Of a DNA stretch of 64,000 bases, positions 1-9,136 are shown in pieces. Below the pieces are notes generated by a model. It saw nothing but the letters and a program-made list of their open reading frames with translations, was not told the DNA's origin and made no database searches. The stretch is from Comamonadaceae bacterium (GTDB taxonomy: Bacteria > Pseudomonadota > Gammaproteobacteria > Burkholderiales > Burkholderiaceae_C): positions 1,400 through 65,399 of the forward strand of contig CANBWK010000004.1 in the NCBI GenBank assembly GCA_947373105.1, given 5' to 3'. The translations under genes were made by a program, and so were the position numbers. Numbering within the stretch: the first letter of the stretch is position 1; each line of letters begins with the position of its first letter.

Positions 1-700
1 CGCCGCCAGGAAAATCGGGACCAGGAATCAGAGACAGCAAGTCGGCGTCGTTGAGCTTGTCGTTTTTGATCAACGCCACGCAAGCGTCTGCCACTTCACG
101 CAGGTTGTGGCTGGGGATCTCGGTGGCCAAGCCCACGGCGATGCCGCTGGCGCCATTGAGCAAAGTGAACGGCAAACGCGCCGGCAACTGGCGTGGCTCT
201 TCGGTGGAGCCGTCGTAGTTGGGAATGAAGTCCACCGTACCCATGTCGATCTCGTCGAGCAAGAGGCTGGTGATGCGCGACAAACGTGCTTCGGTGTAAC
301 GCATGGCGGCGGCGCCGTCGCCATCGCGTGAACCAAAATTACCCTGGCCGTCGATCAGCGGGTAGCGCTGCGAAAAATCTTGCGCCATGCGCACCAAAGC
401 GTCGTAGGCGGCGGTGTCACCGTGCGGATGGTAGCGGCCCAGCACATCACCCACCACGCGGGCACTTTTGACCGGCTTGGCGGCGGTGTTGTTGTTGGGG
501 CCGCTGTAGGACAAGCCCATGCGGTCCATCGAATACAAAATGCGGCGCTGCACGGGTTTCTGGCCATCGCACACATCGGGCAAGGCGCGGCCTTTGACTA
601 CAGACAGCGCATATTCGAGGTAGGCGCGCTGGGCATAAGCGCCGAGGTGGTCGCCTTCAGGAGAGGCTGCGGGTTCAGGGGTCAACAGGTCTGTGGTCAT
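1..700 (-). CDS. parC: DNA topoisomerase IV subunit A, 5' part (continues past position 1)
   Basis: ATG at 700 reads [58 protein letters not shown]...[35 protein letters not shown]; directly downstream of parE. Confidence 0.95.
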   Translation of the reverse strand, partial: MTTDLLTPEPAASPEGDHLGAYAQRAYLEYALSVVKGRALPDVCDGQKPVQRRILYSMDRMGLSYSGPNNNTAAKPVKSARVVGDVLGRYHPHGDTAAYDALVRMAQDFSQRYPLIDGQGNFGSRDGDGAAAMRYTEARLSRITSLLLDEIDMGTVDFIPNYDGSTEEPRQLPARLPFTLLNGASGIAVGLATEIPSHNLREVADACVALIKNDKLNDADLLSLIPGPDFPGG

Positions 701-711
701 GTCAGGTGTTT

Positions 712-780
712 TGTAGGTCGGAGCTTGAGCTCCGACGTGGGGTGCGCACACATTTTTCGGAGCTGAAGCTCCGACCTACA
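712..780. repeat. Inverted pair of GTAG-type REP palindromes (REPIN-like doublet)
   Basis: TGTAGGTCGGAGCTTGAGCTCCGAC (712-736) and the reverse complement of TGTAGGTCGGAGCTTCAGCTCCGA (757-780), 20 nt apart, in the parE-parC gap. Confidence 0.8.
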
Positions 781-786
781 AGAGGA

Positions 787-2769
787 TCAAACGTCAATTT
801 CAATCGAGTCACCGTGCAGTTCCATCAGCTCACGGCGGGCAGCGGCTTCGCCTTTGCCCATCAGTTGCATCATCAGGTTTTCTGTGGCGGCGTTGTCCAG
901 CGGTCCCAACTCAATGGGCAACAGACGGCGGGTGTCGGGGTTGAGCGTGGTGTCCCACAGTTGTTCGGCACTCATCTCGCCCAGGCCCTTGAAGCGGCTG
1001 ATGCTCCAGCCGTTTTCTTTGACGCCGTCTTTGCGCAATTTGTCGAGGATGGCCGTCAGCTCACCTTCGTCCAACGCATAGGCTTTGGATGCGGGTTTTT
1101 TGCCGCGTGCGGGTGCGTCAACGCGATACAAGGGGGGCCGTGCCACAAACAGATGGCCGGTTTCAATGAGCTTGGGAAAATGACGGAAGAACAAGGTCAG
1201 CAGCAACACCTGAATGTGTGAGCCATCCACGTCCGCGTCACTCAAGATGCAGACCTTGCCATAGCGCAGATTGCTCATGTCAGGGTTGTCGTTCGGGCCG
1301 TGCGGGTCGACACCAATCGCCACGGAAATATCGTGGATTTCGTTGTTGGCAAACAAGCGGTCGCGGTCGACTTCCCAGGTGTTGAGCACCTTGCCGCGCA
1401 GGGGCAAGATGGCTTGGCATTCTTTGTTGCGTCCCATTTTGGCACTGCCGCCTGCCGAGTCGCCCTCGACCAGAAACACTTCGTTATCGGCAATGTCTTT
1501 GCTTTCGCAATCGGTCAGTTTGCCGGGCAACACAGCCACACCGGAGCTCTTTCGCTTTTCGACTTTCTGGCCGGCTTTTTGGCGAGTTTGTGCGGCTTTG
1601 ATGGCCAGATCGGCCAGTTTTTTGCCGTAGTCCACATGTTCGTTGAGCCACAACTCCAAAGCCGGGCGCACAAAACTTGACACCAATCGCACCGCATCGC
1701 GTGAATTGAGCCGCTCTTTGATCTGGCCCTGAAACTGAGGGTCCAGCACTTTGGCACTGAGCACGAAGCTGGCACGGGCAAATACGTCTTCGGGCATGAG
1801 CTTGACGCCTTTGGGCAACAAGCCGTGCAACTCAATAAAGCTCTTGACGGCGGTGAACAAGCCATCGCGCAAGCCGCTGTCGTGCGTGCCGCCTGCGCTG
1901 GTCGGGATCAAATTCACGTAGCTTTCGCGCACCGGGGCACCGTCTTCGGTAAAGGCCACCGCCCACGATGCGCCCTCGCCTTCGGCAAAGCTGTCATGAT
2001 TGGCGTCGGCAAATCCTTCGCCTTCAAACAAGGGGATGACGGGTTCCCCATTGAGGGTTTGCATCAAATAGTCGCGCAAACCGGCTTTGTATTGCCACTG
2101 CTGGGTTTCTTTGGTTTTTTCGTTGACCAGGGTCACTGTCACGCCAGGCATCAAGACCGCTTTGCTGCGCAGCAAATGGGTCAGGTCGTTCATCGGCAGG
2201 GCACTGGATTCAAAGTACTTGGCATCCGGCCAGGCACGCACCGTGGTGCCCTGTTTGCGGTCACCTTCTCCCGCCTTGCGGGTCACGAGCTGTTCGGTCA
2301 CATCACCGCCCGAAAACACCAGGCTCGCGACTTGGCCTTCTCGGTAACTGGTGGCTTCCAGCCGTTTGGACAGCGCATTGGTCACGCTCACGCCTACGCC
2401 ATGCAAACCGCCTGAAAAGCTGTAGGCCCCCCCTTTGCCCTTGTCAAACTTGCCGCCAGCGTGCAGGCGGGTGAACACCAGCTCAATCACAGGGGCATTT
2501 TCTTCGGGGTGCAAGCCAAAGGGAATGCCCCGGCCATCGTCTTCGATGCTGACCGAGCCATCGGTATGCAGAACGACTTTGATCTTTTTGCCGTAACCGG
2601 CCAGCGCTTCATCCGCGGCGTTGTCCAGCACTTCTTGGATGATGTGCAGGGGATTGTCGGTGCGGGTGTACATGCCCGGGCGCTGCTTGACGGGCTCTAA
2701 GCCCTTCAAGACGCGGATCGAGCCTTCAGAGTACTCGTTGGAGGTTTTGACAGTTGTTTGGGTAGCCAT
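787..2769 (-). CDS. parE: DNA topoisomerase IV subunit B
   Basis: 660 aa; GHKL motifs (EVLDNAADE, DDGRGIP, GGLHGVGVSV), TOPRIM EGDSAGG and DADVDG; adjacent to parC. Confidence 0.97.
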   Translation of the reverse strand: MATQTTVKTSNEYSEGSIRVLKGLEPVKQRPGMYTRTDNPLHIIQEVLDNAADEALAGYGKKIKVVLHTDGSVSIEDDGRGIPFGLHPEENAPVIELVFTRLHAGGKFDKGKGGAYSFSGGLHGVGVSVTNALSKRLEATSYREGQVASLVFSGGDVTEQLVTRKAGEGDRKQGTTVRAWPDAKYFESSALPMNDLTHLLRSKAVLMPGVTVTLVNEKTKETQQWQYKAGLRDYLMQTLNGEPVIPLFEGEGFADANHDSFAEGEGASWAVAFTEDGAPVRESYVNLIPTSAGGTHDSGLRDGLFTAVKSFIELHGLLPKGVKLMPEDVFARASFVLSAKVLDPQFQGQIKERLNSRDAVRLVSSFVRPALELWLNEHVDYGKKLADLAIKAAQTRQKAGQKVEKRKSSGVAVLPGKLTDCESKDIADNEVFLVEGDSAGGSAKMGRNKECQAILPLRGKVLNTWEVDRDRLFANNEIHDISVAIGVDPHGPNDNPDMSNLRYGKVCILSDADVDGSHIQVLLLTLFFRHFPKLIETGHLFVARPPLYRVDAPARGKKPASKAYALDEGELTAILDKLRKDGVKENGWSISRFKGLGEMSAEQLWDTTLNPDTRRLLPIELGPLDNAATENLMMQLMGKGEAAARRELMELHGDSIEIDV

Positions 2770-2908
2770 GGACGCAGATTGTAGTGGGAACCGACGTCAA
2801 GTACTGGATGCAATCACAGTTAAGTTAAGCTTTTACGGCGTGTTCACGCTTAAACTGCGCTTTTCCTTGTGACTTTTTAAGTCTTGTTAACGGTATTCGG
2901 AGTTTTTC

Positions 2909-3721
2909 ATGCAGGTCATCATCATCACCGGCGCTTCCGACGGTATTGGGGCCGAAATGGCGCGGCAACTGGCTTCCCAGCGGGGATCCTCGGTCAGCTT
3001 GGTGCTGGCAGCACGCAATGTTGCCAACTTGGAGGGCATTGCAAGCCAATGCAGTACTTGGGGCAGCCCCACTTTGGTCATACCCACGGACGTGACGGTC
3101 CAGGCTCAATGTCAGAACTTGGTGGCCGCAGCCGTGTCCCACTTTGGTCGTCTCGATGCGTTGATCAACAACGCGGGTGTCTCGGCGCAAGCGCTGTTTG
3201 CCGATGTCAAAGCCGAAGACCTGGGATGGTATGAGGATCTGATGCGCATCAATCTTTGGGGCAGCATGTGGTGCACGCATGCCGCATTGCCGCACCTCAA
3301 GCGCTCGCGTGGGCATCTGGTGGCGGTATCTTCCCTGGCTGGACTGGTGGGCGTGCCGGGTCGAACGGCCTACAGCGCCACCAAATTCGCTATGAGTGGA
3401 TTTTTTGAAGCCCTAAGGGCCGAATTACGCGGCAACGGGGTGAGCGTGACAACGGCTTATCCGGGCGTGGTGTCCACACAAATACGCTACCGGGGCCTGA
3501 ATGCCCAAGGCGTCCCGGCCGGCTCGAGCGGGCTGAAAGAGGACGACGCCATGAGCGTGCAAGAATGCGCTCGTCTGATTTTGCGAGGCATGCATGGCCG
3601 CGAGCGCGAAGTTGTGATGTCAAGCAAAGGCAAAATCGGGCGTTTTTTGAAACTGCTTGCCCCTGGCTTGGTTGAAAAAATGGCCTTGGCCGCACTCAAA
3701 GACGACGTTAAACCGCGTTGA
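2909..3721 (+). CDS. Short-chain dehydrogenase/reductase
   Basis: TGASDGIG Rossmann motif, NNAG, YSATK catalytic motif. Confidence 0.9.
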   Translation: MQVIIITGASDGIGAEMARQLASQRGSSVSLVLAARNVANLEGIASQCSTWGSPTLVIPTDVTVQAQCQNLVAAAVSHFGRLDALINNAGVSAQALFADVKAEDLGWYEDLMRINLWGSMWCTHAALPHLKRSRGHLVAVSSLAGLVGVPGRTAYSATKFAMSGFFEALRAELRGNGVSVTTAYPGVVSTQIRYRGLNAQGVPAGSSGLKEDDAMSVQECARLILRGMHGREREVVMSSKGKIGRFLKLLAPGLVEKMALAALKDDVKPR

Positions 3722-3750
3722 TCACTCTTTTTCATGGACCGTTTACCGAT

Positions 3751-4299
3751 ATGACCGACACACTGCACGGCTCCCAAGCCCCTTCGGCTTGGCTACAAAA
3801 ATGGGCCCACCTGATCACCCCGCAGGGCAGCGTGCTGGATGTGGCCTGCGGGGCGGGGCGTCATATGCAGTTTTTAGCCGAGCGGGGCCACGGTGTGACC
3901 GGCGTAGACCGCTCCCCCGAAGCCATTGAAGCGGCCAATCCCTGGGGTCATGCAGTGTTGGCTGACATTGAAAGCGGCCCCTGGCCTTTTGAAGACCTGA
4001 CTTTTGACGCGGTGATCGTGACCCACTATTTGTGGCGCGACCTGCTGCCCACTTTAGTGGCCAGTTTGGCCCCCGGTGGCGTATTGGTCTACGAAACTTT
4101 TGCTGCAGGCAACGAGACGGTGGGCAAACCGTCACGGCTCGACTTTTTGCTGCAACCGGGGGAGCTGCTTAAGGTGTGTGCTGGCCTGCGGGTGGTGGCT
4201 TTCGAAGACGGCTTTATGGAAGCACCCGAGCGGTTTATGCAGCGGATCGTGGCGGTAAGGGAATCATCCGATTTCACGCCAAAACGATACCCCTTATGA
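3751..4299 (+). CDS. Class I SAM-dependent methyltransferase (TehB-like)
   Basis: VLDVACGAGRH motif I, GVDRS, FDAVIVTHYL, LAPGGVLVYET. Confidence 0.85.
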   Translation: MTDTLHGSQAPSAWLQKWAHLITPQGSVLDVACGAGRHMQFLAERGHGVTGVDRSPEAIEAANPWGHAVLADIESGPWPFEDLTFDAVIVTHYLWRDLLPTLVASLAPGGVLVYETFAAGNETVGKPSRLDFLLQPGELLKVCAGLRVVAFEDGFMEAPERFMQRIVAVRESSDFTPKRYPL

Positions 4300-4375
4300 C
4301 CCCTGTGGGTTTGCCGTTCTCATTGCCGGTCCGCCAGTCGTTAGAATGCACTTTTACCTGTAAAAACACTTGGCC

Positions 4376-5272
4376 ATGACGACCTCATTTACGCCCATCA
4401 AAGGCAGCATTCCCGCTTTGGCAACACCCATGCTCAAAGATGGCAGCGTGGATTACCCCACTTTGCGCAAACTGATTGATTGGCATATTGCCGAGGGCAC
4501 CGACTGCCTGTGCGTGGTCGGCACCACGGGTGAGTCGCCTACCGTGACAGTTCAAGAGCACCGCGAGATCATTCGCGTTGCGGTCGAGCAAGCCAACAAA
4601 CGCATTCCCATCATGGCCGGTTGCGGTGCCAACGCCACAGCAGAAGCCATTGAGCTGGCTCAGTTTGCCCAAAGTGTCGGGGCAGATTGCCAACTGCAGG
4701 TGGTTCCCTACTACAACCGCCCCACCCAAGAGGGTCTGTACCAGCACTTCAAGGCCATTGCCGAAGCCGTCCCGGGCTTGCCTATCGTCATGTACAACGT
4801 GCCCGGTCGGACCGTGGCCGACATGCAGCATGACACCGTGATTCGCTTGACCCAAGTACCCGGCATTGTGGGCATCAAGGAAGCCACCGGCAACGTAGAA
4901 CGAGCGCAGTGGCTGATCCGCGATGTGCCCCAGGGCTTTGCCGTTTACTCGGGTGACGATCCCACCGCTGTGGCAACCATGCTCTGCGGTGGCTCTGGCA
5001 ACATCAGCGTGACAGCCAACATCGCTCCACGCCTCATGCATGAACTTTGCATGGCCGCTTTGGCGGGTGATGTGAAGAAGGCCATGGCCATTCAGTTCAA
5101 ACTGATGCCGGTCCATAAAAATTTGTTTGTCGAAGCCAACCCTATTCCCGTCAAATGGGCCATGGAACGCATGGGCTTGTGCAATGGCACGATGCGCCTG
5201 CCTTTGACCCCTTTGTCCGCATCCTATGAGCCTGTTGTCGAGGCCGCTTTGCGCGCCAGTGGCTTGATTTAA
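4376..5272 (+). CDS. dapA: 4-hydroxy-tetrahydrodipicolinate synthase
   Basis: GTTGES, YNVPGRT, GIKEATG motifs; followed by bamC as is typical. Confidence 0.95.
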   Translation: MTTSFTPIKGSIPALATPMLKDGSVDYPTLRKLIDWHIAEGTDCLCVVGTTGESPTVTVQEHREIIRVAVEQANKRIPIMAGCGANATAEAIELAQFAQSVGADCQLQVVPYYNRPTQEGLYQHFKAIAEAVPGLPIVMYNVPGRTVADMQHDTVIRLTQVPGIVGIKEATGNVERAQWLIRDVPQGFAVYSGDDPTAVATMLCGGSGNISVTANIAPRLMHELCMAALAGDVKKAMAIQFKLMPVHKNLFVEANPIPVKWAMERMGLCNGTMRLPLTPLSASYEPVVEAALRASGLI

Positions 5273-5309
5273 TTTGACTTTGAACCGATCCTTTTTCAGG
5301 AAATACCAC

Positions 5310-6410
5310 GTGAATCGTTTTGCACATCCTGCCCGCCAATTGACCGTTTTGGCTATGGCAACTGCTTTGGCCGCTTGCTCTTCTTTGGACGAAGACAAGA
5401 TCAACTACAAAAGCGCCAGCAAAGTGTCGACGCTCGAAGTGCCGCCTGACTTGACTCAACTGCGCAGAGATTCTCGCTACATGTTCGACAGTAATTCCGC
5501 AGCAGCCTCAGGTTTTCAAGGTGCAAGCGTCAAAGCACCAGACAACGGTACCGCCAGCAACAGCGCAGGAGATGCACGCATCGAGCGGTCAGGGACTCAG
5601 AGATGGCTGGTGGTCAACCGTCCTGCCGACAAGGTTTGGGGGGTGTTGCAAGACTTCTGGAAAGACAATGGTTTTGTATTGACCACCGAGCAAGCCGAGC
5701 TGGGCATCATGGAAACCGACTGGGCGGAGAACCGCGCTAAATTGCCACAAGACTTCGTCCGAAGAACCATTGGTCGGGTACTCGATTCATTTTACTCCAC
5801 AGGGGAGCGTGATCGTTTTCGCACACGCATAGAGCGCAATGCGCTAGGTGGCGTCGAAATCTACATCACCCACCGCGGCATGGTCGAGACTTATACCTCC
5901 GGTAGCAAACAGGAAACCATGTGGCAACCACGCGCCGCAGATCCTGAACTTGAAATCGAGTTCATGCGACGTTTGATGCTCAAATTGGGGGGTGCAGCTT
6001 CAACAGTGACAGCGGCGACATCTGCCAACACTGTTGCAGCAGCAAGTGGCACTCAAGTGACCAAAGTCAACAACCTGCCTGTCATTGAAGTTAAAGACGA
6101 TTTTGATCGCACTTGGCGTCGTTTAGGCGTGGCGTTGGACCGCACGAGCTTTACGGTTGAAGACCGTGACCGCAGCAAAGGGGTTTATTTTGTCCGTTAT
6201 GTGCCAGCAGGCAGTGCGGGCAAAGAGCCTGGATTCTTTGCCAAACTGTTCAGCAGCAACACCCAGGGACCCGCGTTGACCAAATACCGGATCACATTGA
6301 CCCACAATGCAGGCCTGTCGACTATTTCTATTTTGAACGCGGAGGGCGTAGCTGACACGAGCGACAACTCTGAAAAGATCCTCAAGCTGATCGCGGGCGA
6401 ATTGAAATAA
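5310..6410 (+). CDS. bamC: Outer-membrane assembly lipoprotein BamC (NlpB/DapX)
   Basis: Lipobox LAAC, LEVPPDL, METDWAENRAKLPQD motif; position after dapA; GTG start at 5310 inferred. Confidence 0.85.
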   Translation: MNRFAHPARQLTVLAMATALAACSSLDEDKINYKSASKVSTLEVPPDLTQLRRDSRYMFDSNSAAASGFQGASVKAPDNGTASNSAGDARIERSGTQRWLVVNRPADKVWGVLQDFWKDNGFVLTTEQAELGIMETDWAENRAKLPQDFVRRTIGRVLDSFYSTGERDRFRTRIERNALGGVEIYITHRGMVETYTSGSKQETMWQPRAADPELEIEFMRRLMLKLGGAASTVTAATSANTVAAASGTQVTKVNNLPVIEVKDDFDRTWRRLGVALDRTSFTVEDRDRSKGVYFVRYVPAGSAGKEPGFFAKLFSSNTQGPALTKYRITLTHNAGLSTISILNAEGVADTSDNSEKILKLIAGELK

Positions 6411-6437
6411 AACCTGACTGCAGGCATCCTGCAGTCG

Positions 6438-6476
6438 AAAAAAAACCCCGCCAGTGTGAACTGCGGGGTTTTTCTT
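6438..6476. terminator. Bidirectional rho-independent terminator
   Basis: A-run + CCCCGC(CAG)...(CT)GCGGGG + T-run between convergent bamC and the small lipoprotein gene. Confidence 0.85.
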
Positions 6477-6518
6477 GAGGGTCGCCTGAACAAGTCAAGC
6501 AACGATCAAAGTCAAGAA

Positions 6519-6740
6519 TTACTTCTTGGCAGCGTCAGCAGCTGGCGCAGCAGCGGCTGGTGCAGCAGCGTCAGCTGGCTTGGCATCAGCAGCAGGAGCG
6601 GCTGGTGCAGCAGGTGCAGCGTCAGCAGCAGGAGCAGCAGCTGGTGCTGGAGCAGCAGGTGCAGCGGCTTCTTCTTTTTTACCGCAAGCGGCCAAAGCAG
6701 CAGCAGCGATCACGGCGGCCAAAACGAGGGACTTGTTCAT
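6519..6740 (-). CDS. Small Ala/Pro-rich lipoprotein of unknown function
   Basis: 73 aa, signal peptide with lipobox ALAAC, low-complexity PAAPA/PAADA repeats, AAGGA Shine-Dalgarno, own promoter and terminator. Confidence 0.8.
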   Translation of the reverse strand: MNKSLVLAAVIAAAALAACGKKEEAAAPAAPAPAAAPAADAAPAAPAAPAADAKPADAAAPAAAAPAADAAKK

Positions 6741-6861
6741 GATGATTTTCCTTAACAGGGGTGTGAAAACAATTTCCGGAAATTGTCAACGCAGCTTGCA
6801 AGAGGCTTACTTACTGCAGTGACAGAGCGAAAGCACTCGAGCTCTTTCATCTCAGCCTTGG

Positions 6862-6867
6862 ATTATA
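6862..6867 (-). promoter_or_regulatory. sigma70 -10 element for the lipoprotein gene
   Basis: Consensus TATAAT on the minus strand about 120 nt upstream of the ATG at 6740. Confidence 0.5.
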
Positions 6868-6922
6868 GCGTTAATCGTGCCCTTTTTCAGGGCACACCCT
6901 TTTTTTGTAATGCATTTAGGTT

Positions 6923-8056
6923 CTATCGACCTGTTTGGGTGTGAACCCAACCCGCATCGCACCAGTCGGACAGCAATGTCAGGGCGTCAGCTGAAAAATG
7001 GGCAACAGAGCGACTGTCTAGTCGGCGGTCATTGGACAACTGCTTCATCCATCGGGCATCGCGACCACTGGCCTTAAAGCTCTCGCCATTGATGAAAACA
7101 TGGTGAGCATCGTGCATCATGCGCGTGCGTCGGTCCAACACCACTGATTGCGGCCATTGAGGCTCAAAATCAGTGCGGTTATCAAACCAGACATTGGCTT
7201 TTGGCTCGGTCAGGTACTCGCCAAGCAAACAATCAAGCAACTGGGGGTCTTGCATGGCTTTTTTCATGGCTTCACGGGCAAAGTCCTGTAATGCGGCGGG
7301 TATCGCTCCGGCGTCTTGCACTGCCATTTGTTTGGGGTCCCGGTAAACAGTCTCGCCCAGGGCCTCAACAGCTTCTTCAGCCAAGCCCACGAGGAGCTCT
7401 CGGGCAAGTTCGCCTGTTTGGGGTGCACGAAAGCCTACTGAGTACGTCATGCACTCACCCACTGCATCACCGTCGTGGGCATACAGAGGGGGCAAATACA
7501 GCATGTCACCAGGGTTGAGCAGATATTCTTCTTCGTACTCAAAGTTGGCGAGGATTTTCAGAGGCACACCGTCCACCAGCGTCATGTCTTTTTGACGACC
7601 TATTCGCCAGCGACGCTGCCCGTGCGCTTGCAACAAGAAAACGTCGTAGCTGTCAAAGTGCGCACCGACACCGCCGCCGTCCGTGGCATAGCTGATCATC
7701 AGATCGTCCAGCCTTGCGTCGGGTACGAATCGGAACTGCTGCATCAATTGGTCTACGGAGTCGTCATGCAAATTCACACTCTGCACCAACATGGTCCAAC
7801 CGGCTTGCTTGAAGGGCGGTAAAGATTTGGGGGCAAAAGGGCCGTGTTTGAGTGTCCAGCCTTTGGGCTTACGCACCACAAGTCGGGACTCCACATCCTC
7901 TTGCGCGGCCAGCACAGTGAGGGCCGAGCGGTCGAGCAAGGGGGTAAATCCGGGAATGGCATTGCGAATCAGCAAAGGTTTTTTATGCCAATGGCGTTTC
8001 ATGAACTGGTCGGGCGAGAGCCCTCCCAGCAAAGCAAGGGGTTGAGATGTGTCCAT
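6923..8056 (-). CDS. roxA: JmjC/cupin ribosomal oxygenase (YcfD/RoxA family, L16 Arg hydroxylase-like)
   Basis: HWHKKPLLIR, DDLMISYATDGGGVGAHFDSYDVFLLQ (HxD), PGDMLYLPP..AHDG, YSVGFRAP. Confidence 0.85.
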   Translation of the reverse strand: MDTSQPLALLGGLSPDQFMKRHWHKKPLLIRNAIPGFTPLLDRSALTVLAAQEDVESRLVVRKPKGWTLKHGPFAPKSLPPFKQAGWTMLVQSVNLHDDSVDQLMQQFRFVPDARLDDLMISYATDGGGVGAHFDSYDVFLLQAHGQRRWRIGRQKDMTLVDGVPLKILANFEYEEEYLLNPGDMLYLPPLYAHDGDAVGECMTYSVGFRAPQTGELARELLVGLAEEAVEALGETVYRDPKQMAVQDAGAIPAALQDFAREAMKKAMQDPQLLDCLLGEYLTEPKANVWFDNRTDFEPQWPQSVVLDRRTRMMHDAHHVFINGESFKASGRDARWMKQLSNDRRLDSRSVAHFSADALTLLSDWCDAGWVHTQTGR

Positions 8057-8070
8057 GCGACAATTCTCCT

Positions 8071-8610
8071 ATGGAAATCACTCAACAATGCGTGGTCGCA
8101 CTCACGTGGACCCTGAAAGACACCCTTGGCGAGACTTTGGACGTGCTCGACGAGCCTGTGGAGTTCTTGGTCGGCGGGCGCGACTTGCTGCCGAAAATCG
8201 AAGAGGCTTTGCAGGGACACGCCCGTGGCGCGAAGGTTCATTTGCAACTCGAACCCGAAGATGCTTTCGGCGACTTTGACGAAAATTTACTTTTCCTGGA
8301 GCCGCGCGCCTTGTTTCCAGCCGACCTAGAAGAAGGCTTGACCATCGAAGGCACAGCCCTACCCGAGGGCACGCACCCTGATGCACCTCGCAATGTCCTC
8401 TACACCATCACCGAAATCTACCCCGAGCACGTGGTGCTGGACGGCAATCACCCTTTGTCAGGCATTGCGCTGAGATTGCATTTGACAGTGGAATCCGTGC
8501 GTGAAGCGACCGAAGATGAAGTGGGCCAAGGCAGTTGCGGGACCGGCTTTTTCAAAATTGAAGTGGGGCACAACCACGAACCCAACGACCCCGGCAGCAC
8601 CTTGCATTAA
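8071..8610 (+). CDS. slyD: FKBP-type peptidyl-prolyl isomerase (SlyD-like)
   Basis: EPVEFLVGG, LEPEDAFG, VVLDGNHPLSG motifs; short His-containing tail. Confidence 0.8.
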   Translation: MEITQQCVVALTWTLKDTLGETLDVLDEPVEFLVGGRDLLPKIEEALQGHARGAKVHLQLEPEDAFGDFDENLLFLEPRALFPADLEEGLTIEGTALPEGTHPDAPRNVLYTITEIYPEHVVLDGNHPLSGIALRLHLTVESVREATEDEVGQGSCGTGFFKIEVGHNHEPNDPGSTLH

Positions 8611-8636
8611 GGTGCTGACTTGGGCAGAAAAATTGG

Positions 8637-9086
8637 CTACTTTTTGCCAGTAGAACCGTAACCGCCCTCACCCCTTGCACTGGGGGCCTCAAACTCGGTC
8701 ACTACATTGAACTGTGCCTGCACCACGGGCACGATCACCATTTGGGCAATGCGCTCCATCGGCTCGATGGTGAAGGCCACGTCACTGCGGTTCCAGCAAC
8801 TGACCATCAATTGGCCTTGGTAATCGCTGTCAATCAACCCGACCAGATTGCCCAAGACGATGCCGTGTTTGTGACCCAAGCCCGAGCGCGGCAGCAGCAT
8901 GGCGGCATAGCCCGGGTCTTTCAAATACACGGCAATACCGGTGGGCACCAATTGCCACCCGTTGGGGGCCAAGGTCAAGGGCGCATCCAGACACGCACGC
9001 AGGTCCAGGCCGGCGCTGCCTTGCGTGGCATAAGCTGGCAGCTGATCTGCCATGCGAATGTCCATGATTTTGACGTCAATTTTCAT
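8637..9086 (-). CDS. dut: dUTP diphosphatase
   Basis: [30 protein letters not shown] motifs. Confidence 0.97.
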   Translation of the reverse strand: MKIDVKIMDIRMADQLPAYATQGSAGLDLRACLDAPLTLAPNGWQLVPTGIAVYLKDPGYAAMLLPRSGLGHKHGIVLGNLVGLIDSDYQGQLMVSCWNRSDVAFTIEPMERIAQMVIVPVVQAQFNVVTEFEAPSARGEGGYGSTGKK

Positions 9087-9136
9087 GAAAAGTTCCGTTT
9101 TGAGAGATACAGTGTTGCGGAGCTTTTAAGCAACCA

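Noticed and set aside
4385-5404. 339-aa minus-strand ORF over dapA
   Set aside because: Antisense shadow of a well-supported gene; no recognisable motifs; expected from codon bias in GC-rich DNA.
6526-6700. GCAGCA/GCTGGT repeats as a possible array
   Set aside because: Irregular codon-level repeats of the Ala/Pro lipoprotein; no repeat-spacer periodicity, so not CRISPR.
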